NCBI GenBank assembly: GCA_015680685.1
Contig: MNCI01001345.1
Location: 36,035 to 100,034 of the forward strand
Source of the DNA: Gnetum montanum
Lineage: Eukaryota; Plantae; Gnetophyta
Length of the DNA: 64,000 nucleotides
Reading direction: 5' to 3'
A program made the translations under genes and the position numbers. Shown one piece after another: positions 25,718 to 36,868 of the stretch. Positions within the stretch are counted from its first letter, which is position 1. Each line of letters begins with the position of its first letter. Under the pieces are notes generated by a model. It ran no database searches, was not told the DNA's origin, and saw only the letters and a program-made list of their open reading frames with translations.

Positions 25718-28474
25718 GTGGTCCCAAAGAGACGAAGAGCAGAAGGACCTTCACAATCAATAAGTAAGAGACCAAGAGGCCACAAAAGAGGCTAAGAAGG
25801 AGAAAAAATTCCATAGGATGAATATGCAAAGTAGGAGGGTCAATCATTTATCATCAATCAACAAACCCCTACTATTGAACACTCAACATAGGTAGAGGCA
25901 AAGGCACCACTTATACCAGAATAAGGACAATGTCTTACATTGTCCAATGAATGCCTCTAGGCCATATAAGAGAAATCCATCATGTCCACGGTTATCATGG
26001 AACTTGACTTTGGTCCATTCATGGACTTTTTTAATAGAGGCTGTGAAGACACAACTTCAAGCATCTCCCTTATGACCGACATTGTCCAATAGTGACAAAT
26101 GATACTTGGGAGAGATCATTCAATTTTGGAAAAATAAATAAGTTGATGACATAGTGAAAATAGAAGGGGTCTCAGAGTCATATTCAATAGAGGTAATTTC
26201 CGAAGCCCTAAATATTCCAAATGAAGGGGCCAATATGGAATAGATTTCAACAAGATCAAACATAGATGCTAAGAAGCTATGGTTGCAAAGGACATATGGC
26301 AAGGAAGACAAAGATTATAGTAATCTCTCTATAGAGGAAATGATCTATTTTAAGATTGGGATGAATCACCTATTTCCAAACAAAAAGCTCAATCATATTT
26401 CAGCATATGCAACCTAAGGAAGTGTAATTTTTATGGGAAAATTTAACAGCAGCATTGTCCATTTGCTCTTTCTATAAATTCAAAGGTTGTTTGAGGAAAC
26501 AAAGGTAGGGAAACTAACACTACAATTTTCCTTCCTCATAAGGAAGATGTGCAAGCAAGAAGGAATTTTGGCTTACACTAACAATGTTTCCAAAAATGCC
26601 CAGAACTCTTCCTCTGCTAAGATGTTCAAGTTGGTGCCACTAGAGAAAGCTCAGATAGAGAAGCCAATAGACATAAGGGAAGCTTAAAGATCAACTCTCA
26701 CTAGTAACCTTCAAGCTAATAGTTAGCAAAAAAAAGTAGGACATAGTAGCTAGTGACCTGTTGAAGAATAACAATAACAAGCTTCACCATCACTATCACA
26801 AGACTAAAGATTGTTGATGAGCCATCTACAATAGATTGCAAAAACTATTAGCTAGAAAAAAGAGAGAAATTAATCTATATAAAATAAAAGTGATCTTAGT
26901 TAGGCCCACCATTTTCACAAATCCTACAAGTGGGTAAGTGTTATTACAGGTAGAAGAAAAGGATGACTACATACAACAAATTTTCAAAAATGTTGCATCA
27001 TTCCAAGTGATGCTAGAAACTAGTGAAGGTATCATAATAGTGGTTATGTATTAGAAGCCACAAAGGTTATCATTGATCATATTAAATAATTTTTTAATGT
27101 TCCTATTTTTCCACCAACTAACATCTCTAGAGTATGGAATGCTTAAATGTTAGTTGGTACCTCAATGACTCTTGCCAAACATGAGAACATGCTAGATAGA
27201 CTACTGAAGGTAGACCAAGTCATGCAAAACCATTTTGATATCCCTAGTGATATCACTACAATGTCGTCTAATCTAATTACCACTAAAGGAAAGCTGGTAA
27301 TGGAAAACATAAGGGTAGAACACATAGAAAACATGGTGTAGAGGCTATAGATAGAACTAGTAGCTCTAAGAGCCGAAAGAAGAGACTGTACATAATTTGT
27401 AGTCCTAGACCAACTCAATCAATTCAAAAATAATCAAGGTAGTTGATTATCCACAACATTCACATGGAGAAGGAAAGAAGGAAGGCATTGTGGAATGCCT
27501 CAATTGTAGAAGCAAAAAGTTATGCATACACCAAAGCCTTAACTACCCTTGAAGAATAAAATAATAAGCTAGTTGCAAATAACACAAGGTTGACCAATGT
27601 AGGAAAGTAGAAAAATGTTCTCAAGGAAAGCATTTACTTGCTTAGAGAAAAACTAATGAGAGTCAACTAAGACATGAGTCCACGTAAACCTATCAATGGA
27701 AGAAGTCCACGTAATTCAACAAATGTGTACAATTCAAATGAACATGTAATAAAATAAGGCTAAGAAACATGAAATACTCAAAGAAAATTTTAGGGACAAA
27801 GTGGGAATGTATATATAAATCAATGAAATAGAAATCCAAATGTCACAAGACAAGATCAATTTTTCATTACTCAAACTCCTGATTGGAAATCTATCCTAGA
27901 TAGTCTCACCCATGTCCATCAAGCCAAAATCAAAAACAAGGACCTACAAATAGAAGATCTTACAGAATACATCAGGTTAGCAAATCTTTAGTATGCTAAC
28001 TTAATCATGTTAACAGTAGGATGGCCTAAAAATGAACTTGAGAAATATGTAGCATCTATGTATGGCATGTACAAGAAGGAGTTTGTTGATATAATGGATT
28101 CCCTATAGAAAATCCATGTAGAAAACTCTAAACTTGAAGTTATAAAACCAAGCTACTAGGAACAAAAAGACATCACAACAAATCTAGAACGAACAATTTC
28201 TAACTAGCAAGAACTTAGAAAGGTGCCTAGAGCATTTGAGAAGGAGAGGTAGCAGTTTGTGGCATGGTATGTAAAGGAAAATAAAATGTTTCTGTAATTA
28301 CAATGCTCATGGGATGTACCAACTCCATCAAACATTTTTCAAAAAGCATGGATAATACATGATCCAATGATAGAGGAGGAAAATCTTCAAGCATTCCTAA
28401 ACTGTTATCAATTTTAGAATCCTGATGATAAAGGGAAGAAGCTGATGGAAGAGCCTCCACCACTGGGAACATAC
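25718..28474 (+). pseudogene. Extra (env-position) ORF, ~920 codons, decayed
   Basis: (M)VPKRRRAEGPSQ start, KVGKLTLQFSFLIRKMCKQEGIL block, Q-rich linker and long E/K/L-rich helical C-terminus. Lies between pol and the PPT. Confidence 0.8.
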
Positions 28475-28668
28475 GGCTACATCAAGCTACTTCAAAGTTT
28501 TATTCTATTTCATTTTTTTTGTCATGTTACTATGTCATTTTGTAAACACACCCAATGCAACATTCACAAGAGTCATCTAAATAATTAGTCAGGTCAAGTC
28601 AAGTCTACCTCCCAATATTGTAAGGAACTCTTTCCTCATTTTTTTAACTTAAGAACAAGTTTCTAGTC

Positions 28669-28720
28669 AGTCATGGGGGTATGATAAACCATTTTTTTTA
28701 TCATGATGCAATATCATAGC
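28669..28720 (+). mobile_element. PPT and first ~40 bp of an LTR-A, fused to internal spacer sequence
   Basis: gtcatgggggta|tgataaacc, after which the sequence switches to match 44100 onward. Confidence 0.75.
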
Positions 28721-28773
28721 TACAATGTATGAGGCCATATGACATTAAAGCTACAATGTTGTATCAACGACCT

Positions 28774-28782
<9 letters not shown>

Positions 28783-28805
<23 letters not shown>

Positions 28806-28806
28806 T
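28783..28806. repeat. (AT)12 microsatellite expanded from the internal TATA-like tract
   Basis: Direct reading. Homologous positions (25187, 44171) carry only 3-4 units. Confidence 0.9.
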
Positions 28807-29326
28807 GCATAAGAATTAGAAAAAGTTTTCATTTTAGCCATTTTGTAACAAGAGGAGATTTGACAACCTAACTTTCTAAAGTAATAACTTCCTCACCATA
28901 ACTCTGATTTCCATGATTCTTGAACTCTGTTGATCCCAAAGCACTTAACTTACTCATGAGGAATTACCTACATCTAAGAAATGAAAGAGAAAATTTTCTA
29001 ACATTTAGAATACATTATCAAGGGTAATTATAGAAGATTACTAAGAACATTACACCTAACTAACCAAATTGTTAGCCCAAGAACTTAACCAAGCCTCCTA
29101 GATAACCATATTAACCAAGAAAGGGTATAATAAATCAGGAAATAATAACTATGGAAGGTTATAATAATAAGGAATATAACATTTATGGGTTTCTTTTTGA
29201 AATTATTTCTAAATCAGCAATCATAATAAGAAAAGGACTTAATCTAATCAAGAGTATGAGAAGGATTACAAATCATTAAAAATTAATGAGAATACTTTAA
29301 TAATCCCAAAGTCTTATGGATTGTAG

Positions 29327-31031
29327 ATGGCTCTGAAGAGACTAGCAGCTAAAGAACCTTCACAACAAGGTGGCAAGAGATCAAAGACCATGGGAAAGAC
29401 CAAACACGAGAACAAACTCCCCAAGCTGAACATGTAAAGTAGGAAGTGTAATCATTTAGCATCCACCAACAAACTCCTACTACTAAAAACTTTACACAAG
29501 CAAAATTTGAGACCCCACAACACCAAAGTAGGGGCAACATCTCATGTTATCCAATGAATGTCTACAAGCCATCCAAGAAAAGTCTATCATGTCCATGATC
29601 ATCATGGAATTGAATTTTGGACACTCCAAAGGCTATGAGGATGCAACTTCAAGCATCTTTGTTATGGCTAACATTATCAAATAGTGGTGAATGGTATTTA
29701 GGATAGACTTATTAGTTTCGGTAGAATAAGCAAGCATATGCTATAGAGAAAATAGAAGGGATTTTGATATCTTATTTAATAGAGGTAATTGTCAAAGCCC
29801 TAAATATCCTAAATGAAGGGGCCAATATGATACAAATTTTCATAAGGTCTGACACATATGCTAAGAAATTCTAGCTGCAAAGAGCCTATGGTAAGGAAGA
29901 CAAAGATTACAATGAGATGACTACCAAAGAAAAGATATACTTTAAGATTGGGACATACCACTTGTTCCCAACCAAAAGCCTCAATCAAATTTCAACCTAT
30001 GCTGCCCGAGGAAGTGCAATTATGATATGGAAATTCAACAACAACATCACCTATTTTCTTTTCCTAGAAATTCAAAGGTGATTTGAGGAGAAGAAGGTAG
30101 GGAAACTAACACTACCTTTTCCCTGCTTAATAAGGAATTTTTGTAAGCAAGAAGGAATCTTGGGGTACACCAATGATGTCTTGAGGAAAGACTAAAATGC
30201 TTCCTATGTAGAAATGTCAAAGCTAGTGTCTTCTAAGAAAGATCAACTAGAAAAGCCAACAAGTACTAAGGGAGCTACAAGTTCAACTACTGTCAATAAT
30301 AACTATTGGTCAACAATAGCAATCAGGACCTAGCAGCCAACCACTAGCTAAACAACAACAGCAGTAACAATAAGCTCAATCATCACTACCACAAGACTAT
30401 AGACCATCAAAGATCCATCTACAACAAATTGTAAAAATAATAAGCTAGGGAATAAGGGATGACACCAATCTCTATAAGGTTAGAGAAAGCACAATAAAGC
30501 CCATAATTTCTATAGACCCTTCAAGTAATCAAGTGTCAATATAGATAAGAGAAGAGGATGATTGTGCACAAAAAATCTCATGGAATGTTGCATCATTCTA
30601 AGTCATGCTAGAAACTAGTGAAGGTAACACGGTTATGGTTATGTAGCACCAAGATGCAGTAGGAGCAACAAAGGTCATCGCAAATCATATCAAAGAATTA
30701 TTTAATATGCCTATTATGCCACCATCTAATATCTCTAGAATGATAGATGCTCAAATGTTAACTGGTACCTCAATGAATCCTACCAAACATGAAGATGTAC
30801 TAGAAAAAATGCTATAGATAGTATCAAGTTATGCAAAATATGTTTAATATCCTAGGTTATATTACTATAGTGTAGTTTGATCTAACTACCACAAAAGGGA
30901 AGCTATTCATGGCTGAGAAAAAGGTAGAATACAAAAAGAAGAAGGTGTAGAAATTACAAGAGGAATTAGTAGCCCTAAGAGTCAAAAGGAGAAAGCATAC
31001 ATAGTTCATAGCTCCTGACAAGATAAACTAG
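29327..31031 (+). pseudogene. Second, tandem copy of the extra ORF, interrupted by an inverted A element
   Basis: MALKRLAAKEPSQQGGKRSK and KVGKLTLPFPCLIRNFCKQEGIL. Stops abruptly at the LTR starting at 31032. Confidence 0.8.
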
Positions 31032-31924
31032 TGATGAGTGATGGAGCATCCAACACTCTACCGTACAAGTCATGAGTGTTCACATGCAATAAGATCATAA
31101 TCTATGGATGGATAATGTAATTATGTTAGTAATTGATGTTAAGTTCAAGATTGCTATCTTTCCACTTTGAGTTGATGAAGTTCAAGTGTATTGTGTAACT
31201 CTTAGTGATGCGTATGATTAGTTGATGTTGTTAGGATATGATTACTCCTAGTCACAAAAATAATGAAGATTGAGAATAACAATGTAAATCTAAGTAATGA
31301 TGGTAATGTAAATCTACTCTAGCCTATAGTGATGAGCATATGATCCTGGTCTACTGTACAGTTCTTAAGTTCATGTAACCATTACAAGGTTACCAAGTAT
31401 TATGTTATTGGAAAAACCAAGCAATAACACCACTGGGATTACCAAACAATTACGCTTATGCACTCAAAACTAGTTGCACTCATTCTACTTTACTAATGAA
31501 AAAGTAAAATAAAGTACTTTGAAAACATAAAGAGTTAACTAAGTAAACATGGAAATTATGCTAAGTAAAATACTAAAATTAAGTGGATGATGCAATGATG
31601 AAAAGTAATCTTGATCTTTATTTTTAGACATGAACTATGTTCAAGTACACTTTCCTTGAATAAAGATTCCATACAGTTGCTCAACAACACACTACAGGCA
31701 TTCATTCTATCACTAAAACTATAAAAATAAACTACAAGTTTTCCTAAGACTGGAATGAAAAAGTTGTTGATTATATGTCCAAGTGCTAGTATTTATAGGA
31801 TTACATAGATTCCAATACATCACATCAACAATGACATAACATGAACTATGACATCATATATATGACATCATTGATACAATATCCTAGTTACAATATCACA
31901 TCACTTCAAAAATTTACTTTATCA
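31032..31924 (-). repeat. LTR-A (~893 bp)
   Basis: Reverse complement aligns with 7806-8682; TG...CA ends. Confidence 0.9.
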
Positions 31925-32121
31925 TACCCCCATGACTAACTAGAAACTCATTCTTAAGTTTTTAAAAAATGACGATAAAATCCCTTATAAAATTGAGAGG
32001 TAGACTTGACTTGACTAACTATTTACATGACTATTTAATGCCATAATGATGTTTTGACAAAATGACATAGTTGATAATTGACAAAACATAATAATAAAAA
32101 ACTAAAGTAGTTCAATGTAGT

Positions 32122-34903
32122 TTATATTCTAGAAGGTGGATGCTCTTCCATTGGCTTCTTTCCTTCATCATTAGGCTTCTAGAATTGATAATGGTTTAGG
32201 AGCACCTAAATTTTCTCCTCTTCTATCCTTGGATCATGTATCATTAATGATGATTCTATGATGTTGGATGGAACTGGTACTTTCCATGAACATGGTAGTT
32301 GTCGAAACATTTAATTGGCCTTCATATATCAAGATGTAAACTATCATCTTTCTTCCTTAAAAGCTCTAGCTACCTTTTTGAGTTCTTGATAGTTAGAAAT
32401 TCTTCATGCTATATTTGCTACAAGATCTTTTTTTCTCTAGTCGCTTGCTCTTACAACTTCGAGTTTAGATATTTCTACATGAAGTTTCTATAGGGCATCC
32501 TTTTTGTTAGCAAACTCCTTCTTGTACATGGCATACATAGTAGCTACCTATTGCTCAAGTTTATTTCTATGCCACCCTAATGTCAACATGACCAAGTTAG
32601 CATACCAAAGGTTTGTTAACCCCATGTGTTCTATGAGGTCTTCTATCTACAAGTCCTTGCTTTCTATTTCAACCTAATGGACATGGGCAAGATTATCCAG
32701 GATGGACTGCTAGTTAAGAGTTTGAGTAATGATAGAGCTAATATTGAACTTAACCATCTAAATTTCTTTTTTATTGATTTTTTTATACATATGCACTTGG
32801 TTCTTAAAATTTTACCTGAGTATTTCATGTTTCTTGGCCTCATTTTGCCACATGCTTATTTCAATTGTAGACTTTTATTGAATTATGAGAACTTCTTCGA
32901 TTGACAAGTTTCTTTTTCTTGAGCCAATTTGCTAATGTCTTGGTTGACTCTAATTAGTTGTTCTTGTAGTTGATGAATACTTTTATTAAGAACATTTTTC
33001 TATTTCTCCATGTTAGTCAACCTTGTATTATCAACAGCAAGCTTTTTATTTTCTTCTTCCAATGCTATGAGGGCTTTGGTATGTGCATAAGTTTGTGCTT
33101 CTGCAACTAAGGCATTCCACACCACCTTTTCCCTCTCCATCTTAACTTTGATTTTATGGATAATTATTTGCCTTGCCTAATCTATTCTAAATTTCTGAAG
33201 TTGATCAGGGGTTATGAACTATGTAGGATCTCTTCTTTCAATTCCCAAGGCTACTAATTCTTGTTGTAATTGTTGCACCTCATTCTTTATTTGTTCTACC
33301 CTTATTTTAGTCATAACCAACTTTTTTTATAGTAATTCTATTAGAATGTACTATAGCTATATCACTCGAGATATCAAATAGATTTTGCATGACCTAGCCT
33401 ATCTATAGTAGTCTATCTAGCACATCTTCATGTTCAATAGGATTCATCAAGGTACTAGCTAACATTTGAGCATATCTTTCTTGAGAGATATTGGCTAGAG
33501 GCATAATAGGGACATTGAATGATTCTTTGATATGATCTATGATGACCTCTACTACTCCTACTACATCCTCATGCTACATAATCATAACTTTTGCACCATC
33601 TCCTATTTCAAGCATTACTTGGAATGATGCAGTGTTCCTGAAAATTTTTTGTGCCCAATCGTCCTCTTCCCTTAACTATAGTGACACTTACTCACTTGCA
33701 AGATCTATGGAAATGGTGGGCTTCACTAAGCTCTCTCTTATTTTATAAATATTAATTTCTTCTAGTGTTCCCCAACTAATAGTTTCTACAATCTGTTGCA
33801 AATAGCTCATCATCAATCTATAGTCCTTTTACGGTGGTGGTGGAGCTTGTTGTTATTATTCTCCAATAGGTGGTTAGCTGTTGGGTCCTACTTGTTGTTG
33901 CTAACTAGTAGTTGGAAAGTTACTGATAGGACTTAATCTTGAAGCTCCCTCAATGCCTACTAGCTTCTCTAGCTAATCTTTCTTAAGTGGAACCAACTTG
34001 AACATCTTAGTGTAGGAAGCATTCTAGGCCTTTTTAGAAGCATCATTAGTGTAACCCAGAATCCCTACTTGTTTGCATATCTTCCTTATGAGGTAGGTGA
34101 ATGGCAGTGTCAATTTCCTTGCCTTTTTCTCCTTGAATTACCATTGAATTTCTAGAAATAGAAAATGGATGATGTTGGCATTGCATTCCCCATCAAAATT
34201 GTGCTTCCTTTACATATGTTGAAATATGATTACGCCTTTTGGTTGGAAACAAATGATATGTCCCAATATTAAAATAGATCTTTTCCTCTATTAAGAGCTC
34301 ACTATAATCTTTGTCTTCCCTATCATATGCGCTCTACAACCATAGCTCCTTGGCACTTGTGCCTGATCTTGTTGAAATCTATGCCACATTGGCCCTTTCA
34401 TTTGGGACATTTAGAGATTTGGTAATTGCGTCTACTAAAAGGAACACTCATACCCCTTTTATTTTCAATGTATCATCAGCTTATTTGTTCTGCCAAAATT
34501 GAATGGTCTTTTCTAAGTACCATTCACCACAATTCGACAATGTCAACCATAACGCAAATGCTTGAAGTTGTGTCTTCACAGCCTTTAGAGAAAATTCCAT
34601 GAATGGACCAAAGTTAAGTTCTATAATAATCATGGACATGAAAAATTTCTCTTGTATGGTCTAGAGGCATTCATTACACAACATGATATGTTGTACCTAT
34701 TTTTGTGCCAGCAATACCTATACCCCTACCTGTGCTAAGTGTTCAATAGAAAGAGTTTGCTAATGGATGCTAGATGATTGAGCCTCTTGCTCTACATCTT
34801 TGGCTTGTGGAGTTTGTTCTTCTATTTTTCCTCTTCCATAGCCTCTTGATCTCTTACTTTTCAGCTGTGAAGGTCCTTCTACTCTAGGTCTTTTTGGGAT
34901 CAT
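32122..34903 (-). pseudogene. Extra (env-position) ORF, full-length decayed copy (~927 codons)
   Basis: MIPKRPRVEGPSQLKSKRSRG ... KARKLTLPFTYLIRKICKQVGIL ... EEHPPSRI*. Confidence 0.8.
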
Positions 34904-36009
34904 GTGTAATCAATAAGAGTTTAAGATTACTAAAGTTCTCACATCAATTTTTAACCATTCATTATCCTCACCGTACCCTTGGTTTCATCAAGTTCTTATC
35001 TTAGTATGATTGCAAAGAAAAATCTCAAAAATAAAATCCCAGTTATTATACATTTAACTATTATGACCTTTCACCATTATCATTTCCTTATTTATTACTT
35101 CCTTAAATAGTTGGTATAGTTTTTTAGGAGAATCAATTAAGTATTTTGGCTCTAATTTGGTTGATAAAGTGGGATATCCTTATGATATTCTTATCCTTAC
35201 CCTTATACTATCTTCCAAGGGTTAGAAAAAATTTGGTTCAATTTTTCTTCTTTTCATGCAATCCTCTTTTCCACCACTAATTTGAGTGCTCTAGGATCAA
35301 CAAGATTCAAGAATTTTACAAATTAGAGCTACAATGAGGAAGTTATGGCTTTAGGAAGTTAGAGTGTCAAAGCTCAAAGAAAAAACTTCAAAAAGTACTC
35401 TTGTGGTAAAATGATGGAGTGAAAATTTCACTAACACCTACACGTATATATAGTATTTTTATATGCATGACATTATATATGTGACATCCAAGGCTATGCA
35501 ACATCATAGCTAAAATGTCACCACTAAAAAACTTAACATTTTTGGTGATTTTTTCTAGAAAAAATGAGTTAATTGAAATGTTTATAAGATGTGAAGTTTG
35601 TCTAAAGGATCTTGGACCACCAATGATGCTAATATTTTTGAAAATTGGTGTTCAAATTTCATAGGGAAGGAATCTTGGGCAACGAAATTTTATTGAGCAT
35701 AAATGAGATGGATGGAGAGTTATGGATGTATGGATACTTTATTGGACTTGAGGGAAGTAAATATGAAATTTCAAAGTGTTCTAGAAAGCATGAGATGATG
35801 TGGATTTGATTGGCAGGTATGAGACACAATAGTTATACAAGAAGGTCCTCCCCAAGGTAGGCTCCAACCCTTAGTGCCCTTGTATAACCATGCCTAGGAG
35901 TGTCCATAGGCACCCAAGGAGTTGAATGTAAAACACACCTATCTTTCAAACCACACATGTTTATACTACCAAAATGGGAAAACAACACTATATTATTCAA
36001 AACATACCT

Positions 36010-36726
36010 ATCATTATAGTAGCTAGAATTTTATAGTTTTATTAGCAAATAGTTAGTGAGTGGCCACAGTGTGAATTTGAGTTAGTTTTACCACATCTTA
36101 TTTAAGTGGAATTGTACCTAGACACATGCCATGAATAGTAATAAGATTGAAATTGATTCATGTTTATTGTAGCACTTTGACTTAGAATAGACTTACTTCT
36201 AATGCAATATCCTTTTCATGTACTTAGTTAATCTTTATATTTCATGCATGTTAATCAATTGGTGAAATGAGTGTAACTAATTTCAAGCATAAACACATAT
36301 TCACTTGGTAATCCTAGTAACATTATTACTTAGTTTACCTAGTAGCATAAACACATATTCACTTGGTAATCCTAGTAGTGGGTATGTGAGTCCAGGATGT
36401 GTACGGAAAGCTAGGAATGGACACTCATTGTCCATAGACTAGCTTAGGATTTATCTTCTTGTTATTAGTTAGATTAATTAAACCATTAATTTCCATGATT
36501 TTAACTAGCTTAGCCATATCTACACAACATCAATAATCATATGTCTCACTTCAAAATAAACCATACATTACAAAGATATTACTAGTCCAAGTGAAAATAC
36601 AACAACCTATGATTAACACTTAACAATCTAGATACCACATTAGTCCCATCCATAGAATTCAATTGGATCATGCATACACACTTGTGATTCATATGGCTGA
36701 GCACAAGAAATACTTGCCACTCATCA
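36010..36726 (+). repeat. LTR-B (5'-truncated)
   Basis: Reverse complement of 53763-54480 and 5387-6090, ending ...ctcatca before the PBS. Confidence 0.88.
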
Positions 36727-36727
36727 T

Positions 36728-36745
36728 TGGCACCATTTCTAGGGA
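36728..36745 (+). promoter_or_regulatory. Primer binding site (tRNA-Asp), decayed
   Basis: TGGCACCATTTCTAGGGA. Confidence 0.85.
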
Positions 36746-36868
36746 TGTGTCAATGTTAGCAAAGTAATTTATCTTATAAATTTTATTGTATTAAGAACTA
36801 CAAAGTCTATCCTTATACCTTAAATCAATTTTATTAACACACACATAACTAAGCATCAAGCATATAGG

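Larger units (their letters stand above)
31032..36007 (-). mobile_element. 3' half of an A-type element: spacer, extra ORF, PPT and 3' LTR
   Basis: LTR-A 31032-31924, PPT tacccccatgac 31925-31936, extra ORF 32122-34903, spacer to ~36007. Confidence 0.9.
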
